64,000 nucleotides of DNA, taken from the IMG/VR virus record IMGVR_UViG_3300044796_000401; one strand, written 5' to 3'. The DNA is from a virus (Duplodnaviria; Caudoviricetes). The notes beneath the pieces are model-generated. The model was not told where the DNA came from and did not search any database. It was given only the letters and a program-made list of their open reading frames with translations. This document shows, one piece after another, positions 36,255 to 45,000 of the stretch (the first letter of the stretch is position 1; every line of letters starts with the position of its first letter). The position numbers and the translations under genes were made by a program.

Positions 36255-36505
36255 GGAGCCGGGGCGTAGATTCCCGGCTCCTGTTATCGACTCCCCCGGC
36301 TTTGACCCGGCTGAGAACGGGAGTCCATATCTCGGGAAGTGGCTGGTCGGATTTCACATCCCTGTGATCGGCTCGCATCTCTCAGGGGATTTCGCGGGCG
36401 AGCCCATATACTTTTTGTGCTGCCGGGCATTCACCCCGGTTGCATCCCGTGCTGACCCACATGGCGGCGTTACCCGGTGCGATAGGGAATTTCTGGATGC
36501 AGCAC
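36255..36505 (-). ncRNA. Structured non-coding region of unknown class downstream of the tRNA-like gene
   Basis: Four consecutive stems: 36499-36505/36417-36423, 36398-36404/36370-36376, 36319-36325/36289-36295 and 36273-36281/36255-36263. Confidence 0.4.
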
Positions 36506-36516
36506 AAACTCAAACT

Positions 36517-36626
36517 TGGAACGCGGGGTGAGAATTGAACTCACGACCTCCGTCTTAAATGGACGGTGCTCTGTGGGGCAAAACATTTAGGAGGTGACTT
36601 GCCCCTCTCGACTGAGCTACCCGCAT
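36517..36626 (-). tRNA. Atypical tRNA-like gene (anticodon TTT) with a 34-nt D-loop insertion
   Basis: Acceptor ATGCGGG/CCCGCGT + T73 + encoded CCA. D-stem GCTC/GAGC. Anticodon stem CCGTC/GACGG with loop CATTTAA. Variable loop AGGTC. T-arm GTGAG-TTCAATT-CTCAC. Length 110 nt; D-loop 42 nt. Confidence 0.88.
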
Positions 36627-36641
36627 ATCGTCTTTTAATGC

Positions 36642-36983
36642 TTAGCTTTTTCCCATCTGCTGCAAAACGTCGGCCGCATGCTTTTGCGCGTCGGCGAATT
36701 CCTGGTCCCAATTGGAAGCCGACGCGATCTTTGCCATCGGATCGTGCCGCTGGAGGCCTGTGCCGCCCGTCTTGACCCTGCGGATGGCCGAAAGCTGGAC
36801 TTCCCCCTCGGGGGAAGCTCCGAGCCCCCGCATGAACGATTCGGGGTATTCGAGCCAGAGGTCCACGACAGCCTCTTCCGTCTCTTCGTTGCAGGCGGCT
36901 TCGAGCGTCCGGTCGAAGTCGTCCACCGTCTCCCGCCATCTATACTGCACAGCTCCTGCCGTCTTCCTGAGCCAGGCTTTCAT
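36642..36983 (-). CDS. Hypothetical protein (113 aa)
   Basis: Start MKAWLRKTAG; GAGG RBS. Confidence 0.6.
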   Translation of the reverse strand: MKAWLRKTAGAVQYRWRETVDDFDRTLEAACNEETEEAVVDLWLEYPESFMRGLGASPEGEVQLSAIRRVKTGGTGLQRHDPMAKIASASNWDQEFADAQKHAADVLQQMGKS

Positions 36984-36990
36984 TGTGACC

Positions 36991-38772
36991 TCATAAAGGC
37001 ATTGAATAGCGCCTTTTCCCAGAATCCCATATGCGATACCAACCCCCAACCCTTGCTGCTTGCTTTTCATTAACTCCGGCTTTGACCCGGAATGCATACT
37101 TAGAAACTCGTTTAACCCCATTTGTATATCCGTAATCCGGTCTAAGCTCCTTCTCAAATGTAAATCCAAGCTTTTCATACAGACTTCCTGTATGAAAGCG
37201 GTTGTCGGAAAAAGTCACCATGCGAGTGAACTCCATGGCCTTGAGCGACGGCTTCGCCATGGTTAAAGCCTTTTCATGGGGATTCCAAGCCTTAAACCGG
37301 CAATCCCAGCAAGCTCGGTGCCACAGCACGGTATGAGCTTCGCGTTTCATGAACACCCAGCAACCTACAATCTCTTCTTTGTATTTCGCCACAACAGTAA
37401 GACATCCACTGGCGGCCCCAAGATAATGATTGGCATCCAAAAACCCTCTAGCATCCTTGGGAGTTCCGCGTTCAACCGTGAAAATTGGATTGATGCGTTT
37501 TTTGCTTGTCGGTTTGATCGCATCACAAAGCATACGTTCCATGATATTGCGTTTGTTTTTCCATTCATCAGCGTAAATCTGGATCAGACGGTCTCCACGG
37601 TTCACGGCGATCAAACTCTTATCGTAGTCGGCTTTTGTCCCACTGTATTTTTCCGAGTGCCATATCAGTCCGTGATGCTCAACAGCTAGTTTCTTAGACG
37701 GGATGTAGATGTCATAACTTTTGCGGGTACCCAATATTCGGTAAGTTCCGTTGTACGTACTGGGCTCTAATGATGCCACAAACTTTCTGATTTCCGATTC
37801 GGGGGAAGCGGGACCTTGCCCCTTGCTACAGCCGCAGGAAATTGTTCGCCCCGAAATTATATTGAATAGGTTGGAAACGATTTTACCCCCGCAGTCGCAA
37901 AGCAAGCGTACTTTCTTTGTAACCCCCCATTCCTCGGGGAGAGGTTGGTTGGGGTCTATTTTAAGGCTGCCCCACGATTGGTCTAACCACTCAAATTTAG
38001 GCTTCCAATTGCAGCGACCGCAGGAACTAACGCGTTGATTTACAACATTGTAAATGCTGGTTGATACACTTCGGCCACAATCACAAATGAAACGTAGCGG
38101 TGCTGATCGCCCATCCCCCCACTCGTCCGGCAGGACTTGGTTCCCATCCAACGCTAGTTTTTCCCATCTCTGCTTTAACCAATATGCCTTGGGCTTCCAG
38201 CTACACTTACCGCAGGAGGTGGAGTTGCCTGACACAACCCACGATCCGCGTAGCGTAGAATTCCGGCCACATTGGCATTGAAATTCAAACTTCTTTGCTG
38301 ACATTAGATTGAATACGTCAGGTAAAGGTTGGGTTTTACGCAGAGAGTATTTGCCCCACTTCTGACTCAGCCAGTAGTTTTTTGGACGGTCATTGCAATG
38401 ACCGCAGGAAGCGATTCGTCCCGATTGAACATCAGGCAAATACTTGCGTGTAATACTGCCACAGATGCAGTTGAAGATTAAAAATTTGGCGTGGCTGGGC
38501 GGGAACTCCTTAGGAAGAGGTTGATCCGCTGATAGTTTCAAACTTCCCCAAGCCTGTTCGAGCCAATAAGAGGCTGGCTTACAGGTACATTTGCCACAAG
38601 ATTTGACCTGCCCGCGAGTTAGATTTTTGAACACAGGAGAGAACGATCTACCACAAGAACAGATCGCTGAAAGCTTTTGATGACTGCCCGGCCCCCACTC
38701 ATCTAGTAGATTTTGAGTGGGGTCTAGTCTAACCCCACCCCACAATTGGCCCAGCCAATAATCTTTCAGCAT
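36991..38772 (-). CDS. Hef-like endonuclease: five Cys-rich repeats + PD-(D/E)XK/Vsr-like nuclease + GNAT/Mom-like domain
   Basis: Five repeats of about 64 aa (YWLxQxWG...QPLP...CxCG...SCGxC). SYDIYIPSKKLAVEHHGLIWH. GFLDANHYLG...TFSDNRFHTGSLYEKLGF...IWDSGK. Confidence 0.75.
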   Translation of the reverse strand: MLKDYWLGQLWGGVRLDPTQNLLDEWGPGSHQKLSAICSCGRSFSPVFKNLTRGQVKSCGKCTCKPASYWLEQAWGSLKLSADQPLPKEFPPSHAKFLIFNCICGSITRKYLPDVQSGRIASCGHCNDRPKNYWLSQKWGKYSLRKTQPLPDVFNLMSAKKFEFQCQCGRNSTLRGSWVVSGNSTSCGKCSWKPKAYWLKQRWEKLALDGNQVLPDEWGDGRSAPLRFICDCGRSVSTSIYNVVNQRVSSCGRCNWKPKFEWLDQSWGSLKIDPNQPLPEEWGVTKKVRLLCDCGGKIVSNLFNIISGRTISCGCSKGQGPASPESEIRKFVASLEPSTYNGTYRILGTRKSYDIYIPSKKLAVEHHGLIWHSEKYSGTKADYDKSLIAVNRGDRLIQIYADEWKNKRNIMERMLCDAIKPTSKKRINPIFTVERGTPKDARGFLDANHYLGAASGCLTVVAKYKEEIVGCWVFMKREAHTVLWHRACWDCRFKAWNPHEKALTMAKPSLKAMEFTRMVTFSDNRFHTGSLYEKLGFTFEKELRPDYGYTNGVKRVSKYAFRVKAGVNEKQAARVGGWYRIWDSGKRRYSMPL

Positions 38773-38833
38773 ATACACCAATACTGAAAAGTTCGTATTT
38801 GTATCCGCTTACATTGATCCTGTAAGTTATTGA

Positions 38834-41800
38834 TTATTCACGAGTTCCACAAACAAACTTATAGCGCATAATCATAGAGTCAGTGTCGATAGACTCGGCC
38901 CTCACGAATACCTCGTACACATAGCCCCCCTTCGGGCTATCGTTCCAAACGGCCGCTTGGCTCCAACTATCATTGATACAGTCCTGCACTTGACTGTCGC
39001 TCAGTTTGTCTAGCAAATACTTCACGCGGCTGCCCGTGTTAACAATGTTGTAGCTGCTCATGCCCTGCGGCTGCTCGATCTGGGCAAGCTGTACTTCGCC
39101 GACGCCCGGAACTTTGTCCAGCAGCGGGCGGCTGGTGACCTTAAATGCGCTGGTCATTGTTGCGGCTATCTCTCCGCACACCTTCTTCAGGAACATCCCG
39201 AACTGTTCAACCTCGGTCCCTGCGGCTGCTTTCTTCTGCAAGATAGACTCAGCCGAAGGTCCACCTTCATACTGCCCGTAGAACTGCTCGCGCCACAGGT
39301 CGCCCGCGCCGCGGATGTCGTCGTTGCCGCTGTTGGACCCTGCGGCGCTCTTCGATGCCACTTGCAGCGACGAGCCCGGAACGCTGTCGTAATTTCCGTA
39401 GAACTCATCAGTAAACATTAACCCCCTGATATCATTCTCCTTGCGGAGCGGTGCTCCTTCGAGCACCTCGGGCTTGCCGTCGCGTCCGATCCCCATCGCC
39501 CCGGCGGGGCTGGTTGAGGAATAGTCCGCCGAGGTGTGGACCTCTTCGACCTCGCCCACGTCGCCCGGAAGCTGGATCGCCTCCACGATGCCGATGTTGT
39601 CCATGGCGTTGTCGATCATGGTGTCGAGGTTCTGCTGGTCCGGCTCGCCGACCATCTCCGGTGCCTGCACGCCTTGCGGCGTGTTGGTGGCGTTCGGGTA
39701 GTCCACGATCTCGTGCTGGATTTCCGGGTAGAATTCCTTCAGGACTTGACCGGGGAAGAAGAAATTGAAGCCCGCTTCCTTTTCAAGTTCCGTTTGGCTC
39801 TTTACCACGCCCTTCGGTTTTGTGTCGTCTGCCATTGTTTTGTCCTTTGCCACTATGTACCAGCGCATCTGCTTCTGTTTCACCATGCCGCGGTCCTGAA
39901 GCTCCTTGAGAAACGGGTACGCAAGATTCGAGTGCTCCTCGCCGCCGAGCAACCGGTTAACCTCGCCCGTGGTTTTCGGACCCTGCTCCAAGATGCTCAA
40001 AATCTTGCCGCCCTGCTGCATCCCGTGCATCACATCGCCCATGGCTTCCTTGTACTCAGCCGCTTTCTTCACGCCCTTGCCGCCCGCCATGTAGTCGGCA
40101 TCGTCCCAGCGAAGGCCGTGCCTCGCCAAGACCTGCAACGCCTGCTCCTTGTTCATCCCGCCCATGACGCCCACCATTGCATCGGGTGCCTTGAGAGTAT
40201 CGATCGCGATGCGAAGCTGGTGCCTGTCGGGCACGCTGAGAGCGCCTTTGATCCCCATTTCCTGCATGAGCTTCTGGTCCTCTTCCGTGAGGTCCAGCTT
40301 GTCCTTAGACTTCGGCTCCGGAATCGGTTTTCCCGCTGCCTTCAGTTCTTCCTTCTCGCTTTCGACGGCGCTCTCCGCTATCTCTTCCCAGTTGACCTCG
40401 CCCATGGGCTGCTCCCAACTGTTCTGGACATCCCCGATGCCGTAGAAGAGGTTGTCAACCCTGTGCTTGAAACCCTCCTCCTTGGTCTGGGGCTGGTAGC
40501 CCTCAAGCTCCTTGCGCTCGAATTCCCCGCGGTCATCGCGAGCATTCTGGGCGTTATCCTCGTGAAATTGCGCGGTCTCCTCCGCTTGCTTGCGGAACAG
40601 GCGGCTGAACTGCCCGGCAAGCTGCTTTATCCCGATGCCCTTCTTCAGGGCGTTGGCGGCCAAATTGCGCTTGGTGTTGTAGACGGACTCCGTGTTGTCG
40701 ATCAGCAGGGCGACGTGCCATGTGCTCCAGTTCGTCCAGCCCTCGTAGCCTCCATCCTCGTCCGCCTTCTTGGATGACGCCGCCTTGCGCTGCTGCTCCT
40801 GCCAAGGGCATTTCGTGCACTTGTAGGTTCCGTCGTGGGTCTCTTTCCTCGCCTCAGCGCCGCACCACGGGCAGCGCATCGTGTCGGCGGCGGTCTTGGA
40901 GCTCATGACCTGAGTCCGCTCGGGGACGGTCCGGGACGGTGCTTGCGGCGTTGTCTTCGGCTTGTAGGGCTGGAGCTTCCACAAATACTTCTCAACCAAG
41001 GCATTGACCTTGTTTTCCGGCCTGGAAATCCCCGCGTACTCGCGGCGGAAGTCTTCCGCATCCTGGCCGCGCAACACGTACTCCCGCCCGTCCATGAGGA
41101 TGACCATCTGGAAACCGCTGGCGTCCCGGCCCTGCAACACGGAGATCGCGGCAGTACGTATACGGCCCAGGAATTCCCGTCCCGCTTTCTTCAAATCCCT
41201 TATGGAAATTGCTGCGGTCTTGCTGAGCGCCGCCGCCTTCTTCGCCGGGTAATCCCAGGACTCAAGGGCCGGACCTTCCAGATCGGTTCCGCCGAACATG
41301 CCGCCTCCATGACCTGATGTAATCTTGCCTTGATCCTCGCCGCCAATTGCCTCGTCATTCTTGGAAGCGATGTTGATGATGATCTGCTTGCCGGGCTTGG
41401 CGTCGATCTCCACCGATTTGCCAGCCTCCTCGGCTTTGACTTCTTCCTGCTTCTCAGAAATCGGCACACCGACTTCCATCTCGGACTGCGTCTCGATGGC
41501 CTCGCGGATGGCGTTCACGTTCGCACGCTCCGGAGAATGCAGGTCGCCATCGAGCACGGGGGAAGCCCCGTTCTCCGAGTGCGAGTTCTCATGAAGCTCG
41601 TCGTTCGCCGGACCTGCCTCGGGGCCGGGAACCGCGGGCTCCATTTTCTGCCCCAGTTCGTTGTCGCTATGGATCATTTCCGCTGCTTTCTTGCCGCCTA
41701 CCGGAATGCCCCGACGCTCAAAGTCGTAACACGTCTGCGAACATAAGAGCTTGCCGTTGGCTCGATAAGGCTCTTTCGTGATAGGGTCGCCGCACCGCCC

Positions 41801-42043
41801 GCATTTCTGTTCCCCTGCTGCCTTCTTGGAGGCGGTAACCTGACCGTCGTCGGATATTCCTTGATTCGGGATGACAGCTACGGAACCGTCCGCGAAGCGG
41901 ACCTTGGTTTCCTTATTGGGGTACTTTCCTGCCGGACCCAGATTCTCGACGATCTCCAAGTCCGTTCCCGAACGGCGGAAATCCCCGCCGTAGGAATACT
42001 TCGTCACGTCCCAATAACCCCAGCCCGCCAGCAATTTCGCCAT
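38834..42043 (-). CDS. Large modular protein (1069 aa), probable virion-associated polyvalent protein
   Basis: Short modules (CGRC..C..C and CPWC..CTKC ribbons, GWTNWSTWHVALLIDN module, HQLRIAIDTL module, wHTH-like segment) separated by KxA-containing linkers. Confidence 0.75.
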   Translation of the reverse strand: MAKLLAGWGYWDVTKYSYGGDFRRSGTDLEIVENLGPAGKYPNKETKVRFADGSVAVIPNQGISDDGQVTASKKAAGEQKCGRCGDPITKEPYRANGKLLCSQTCYDFERRGIPVGGKKAAEMIHSDNELGQKMEPAVPGPEAGPANDELHENSHSENGASPVLDGDLHSPERANVNAIREAIETQSEMEVGVPISEKQEEVKAEEAGKSVEIDAKPGKQIIINIASKNDEAIGGEDQGKITSGHGGGMFGGTDLEGPALESWDYPAKKAAALSKTAAISIRDLKKAGREFLGRIRTAAISVLQGRDASGFQMVILMDGREYVLRGQDAEDFRREYAGISRPENKVNALVEKYLWKLQPYKPKTTPQAPSRTVPERTQVMSSKTAADTMRCPWCGAEARKETHDGTYKCTKCPWQEQQRKAASSKKADEDGGYEGWTNWSTWHVALLIDNTESVYNTKRNLAANALKKGIGIKQLAGQFSRLFRKQAEETAQFHEDNAQNARDDRGEFERKELEGYQPQTKEEGFKHRVDNLFYGIGDVQNSWEQPMGEVNWEEIAESAVESEKEELKAAGKPIPEPKSKDKLDLTEEDQKLMQEMGIKGALSVPDRHQLRIAIDTLKAPDAMVGVMGGMNKEQALQVLARHGLRWDDADYMAGGKGVKKAAEYKEAMGDVMHGMQQGGKILSILEQGPKTTGEVNRLLGGEEHSNLAYPFLKELQDRGMVKQKQMRWYIVAKDKTMADDTKPKGVVKSQTELEKEAGFNFFFPGQVLKEFYPEIQHEIVDYPNATNTPQGVQAPEMVGEPDQQNLDTMIDNAMDNIGIVEAIQLPGDVGEVEEVHTSADYSSTSPAGAMGIGRDGKPEVLEGAPLRKENDIRGLMFTDEFYGNYDSVPGSSLQVASKSAAGSNSGNDDIRGAGDLWREQFYGQYEGGPSAESILQKKAAAGTEVEQFGMFLKKVCGEIAATMTSAFKVTSRPLLDKVPGVGEVQLAQIEQPQGMSSYNIVNTGSRVKYLLDKLSDSQVQDCINDSWSQAAVWNDSPKGGYVYEVFVRAESIDTDSMIMRYKFVCGTRE

Positions 42044-45000
42044 TTATTTATCCTCGCCCGCCTCGGGTTCTTCCGCCATGACTACATCAGCCAAGTCCCC
42101 GGCCCCGAGGTCGATGGGGATTTCCTCCGGCAGATTGTCGCCCGCCGCCGCTTCCTTGCCTGCCGCCATCTGCCCGAAGGTCCAGACGATCTGGTTGCAT
42201 TCATGGCAGAACATCTTCTTGCCTTCCGCGACTGTGAAGGTCTCCGTGTCGGGGGAGAAGCAGCGGGGGCATTCGCCCCTCGACGCCCTTTCCCCGCCGA
42301 TTCTGGGGTTCTGCTCTTGGCTCTCGAACAGCCCCGAGGCTTCCTTGTCGCTCGCCAGGATCGCCGGAACATCCAAAGCTTCCGGCGCTCCGCCGCCCAG
42401 GTTGGACACAGGCTGTTTGCCGCTTTCCGTTTCGCCCTGTGCCACAGGGATTTCGGACGCCGAAACCTTGGCGGCTTCCGGGACCGACTTGGTCTCCCGC
42501 TTGATGCTCGGGTCAACCGTATCGGGGCTCACAGTCTCGGACTTGGCTTCCGCCACGTCTCCGGAGACAGGAGCAGCGACCTTGGCCGCCTCCGGTACCG
42601 ACTCGGTTTCCTGATGGATATCTGTGTCCACGGTGTCGGGGCTCACGGTCTCGGACTTAGCCTCGGCCACGTCGCGACTAACATCGCTGGAAGTCAGAGG
42701 CAAGCTCATCTGGTTCGGGTCGGGCTCGGATGCGGGTTCCTCTTCATCGTACAGATTTCCGCCGTACTGCATCCATACGTTCTTTCCGCTCACTAGTTCC
42801 TCAACCATATCTTCGATCTGGTAGCGTTCGTGCCAGTAGACGTTCCCGCCCGGATCGGAAATGATCTCGCCAGAGGTCAATGCACCGATATCCTCGGGGT
42901 TGACCCATTCCCAGCCGTTGCCAGTGAAGTCTTCGAGCAAATCGTGAAGCTGCGGGTTCCATTCAACAAACCCCTTGCCCACATCAGCCTTGTTCTCAGC
43001 AACTTCGTTGAGAAGCTCCGGAGTCGGCTTCAGTGTGATGCCGCCCTTTGAATAAACAGCGGTCACATAGAGACCATCGAATTTGCCTGTCGGCTCGGCC
43101 GCTGTCTTGCTGCGCAGTTCCTCGGCCGAAGTGGTTTCCGGCTTCGTGTTGCTGTTCGTGGCGTAGGGGCTCACGGATTCCGCCTTGGCTTTCGCCAAGT
43201 CCTGCTGGATGCCGTCCGCCAACTTCTGGCCCGTGGGACCGTCGCTCGGCCCTATGTTGTCGATGGGCTTCTTCGGTTTTGGCGTCGTTATGGTTCCCAA
43301 GGCGGAGGCGCTCCTCGCGTTCGGCCCGCTGGTGTCCGCCTTGACGGCGTTCTTCTTGTCTTCCGGCGCTCCGTCGCCGTCCTTCCAGTTGTACGGGTTG
43401 TCGGCGGTATCGGCTTTCTTTTGGGATACGCCCGTGCGTGATGTGAGTGTGGATTTAAAATCCGGATGATGCCGCAGATTTTCTGCTTCATAGCCTCGCG
43501 GTTTTTCATCCGATTGTGCGGCACGATAGGCTGCCTGACAGCCACGACAAGTTGCATCCCAAGCAGGATGCTTTTCGCAATGCACCTGCTTTTCAAAACC
43601 GCCAGCGCCCTTGGACTGCTGCTTGTCATATTCCTTGTGGTGCTGCACGGTCGAAGATTCCCCGGTTTCCTTGGTTGGTGCTTCGCCCTTATCGGCGTCC
43701 ACGGCGTTGTCCGCAATGTCCGCCCTCTTCGGCTTGTCGGCCTTGACCTTCTTGGCAGACGTGTGGATGTCCCCTTCAAGAGGCTCGCCACTTTTGTCCA
43801 GATCGGGCTTCTCGTAAAGCTCTTCTTCCTCGGAAGGCTCTTGGCAGTTGCAAGACTCGCCCTCTTCCACATCGCTGCCGCATATCGGGCACTCGTTGTA
43901 GCGGACCCAGCCCTTTTCCGGCACCCACGTCTTCTTCCCGTTGGGGCAGCCAAGTTCGTGGCACGGTATCCCGTTGATGCTGAGCATCTCGCACTGGTCG
44001 CACCCGAACTTCGGCGCATCGGATTCCAGTTCGTCGGCTGCTTCCTTCACGAAGTCTTCCATGCTGGACGAAACCTGCCACGGCTTGTCGGACTCCGGCT
44101 CGTCATGTTCCTGCTTCGCCTCCGGCATGGAATCTTCTTGCGCCTCGGCTTCGGGCTCGGACAATGCCTTGTCGTCTTCCGGCTCGTCGCTCTTGAACGC
44201 CTCGGGCAACTCGCCTACATCTTTCTTGTTCGGGCGGCCATCAGTGCTGCCCTCCGGCTGCGTCGCGGTCTCACCAGGAACATCAATATCGACCAATGGT
44301 GCCGGTCCCATATCCTCGGTAATTTCTTCCCAGATCGAGTCGATGTCGAGCGCGACATCCGCCTGCTTGGGGCGGAGCTTGTTCAGCTTTGCTTCGCGCT
44401 CGTCATATGCCTTTTTGGTCTTCAAGGACGCCACTTCATAGCCCTCGTCGAAATCGGCGGCGATATGCTCGGCGATGAAATCCGCCTTGATTTGCTGGGC
44501 GGCTGTCTTAAGAGTCGGGTTTGGTCCCCATTTCCCTGCATCGATCTCTGCTGCATGGTCGAGCATGGCATGGTGCGGCTGCGCATCGGGCGTCGTGGTC
44601 TTGATGAGGTAGGCGCGGACATCCTTGGGCGGGAAGCTGTGCTTGTCGTGGAATCCACCCGTGCCATATGCCGCGGAGTATCCGCTGCCAAGGGAATTTG
44701 ACGAGCTTGCTGGCATGAGTCGCCCAGCGTCCGGATGTGTGCCGGGGTAACGCTTTCCCGTGCGGCTACGATTCTTGGTAATAGCGGCTTCCTTGTCAGA
44801 AGCGAGCACTTCCGGAAGAACCTTGACAGCGGTGCTGATCGCGCTGCCGACACCTTCCGCGGCGTTTTGCAGCGGATTTTCCTCATTTTGCGAATCTCCG
44901 TTAGTGGCTTTCTTCTCCGAAACCGTTCTCGGAAGCTCCTCCCCACTGGCGAAACCGCTGGGAAGCTGACGGAATGCCTCGGGGCTGTGGTCCTTCAGCC

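Noticed and set aside
36476-36489. Cobalamin-riboswitch-like string GGTGCGATAGGGAA on the plus strand
   Set aside because: The downstream conserved elements are absent and the orientation is opposite to local transcription.
36555-36561. Ochre (UUA) suppressor reading of the tRNA
   Set aside because: The 5-bp stem CCGTC/GACGG fixes the 7-nt loop CATTTAA and puts TTT at positions 34-36. TAA ends many genes normally.
36589-36597. Plus-strand AGGAGGTGA as a real ribosome-binding site
   Set aside because: The nearest start (TTG) is 1-2 nt away and no credible plus-strand gene follows. The sequence sits inside a minus-strand tRNA cloverleaf.
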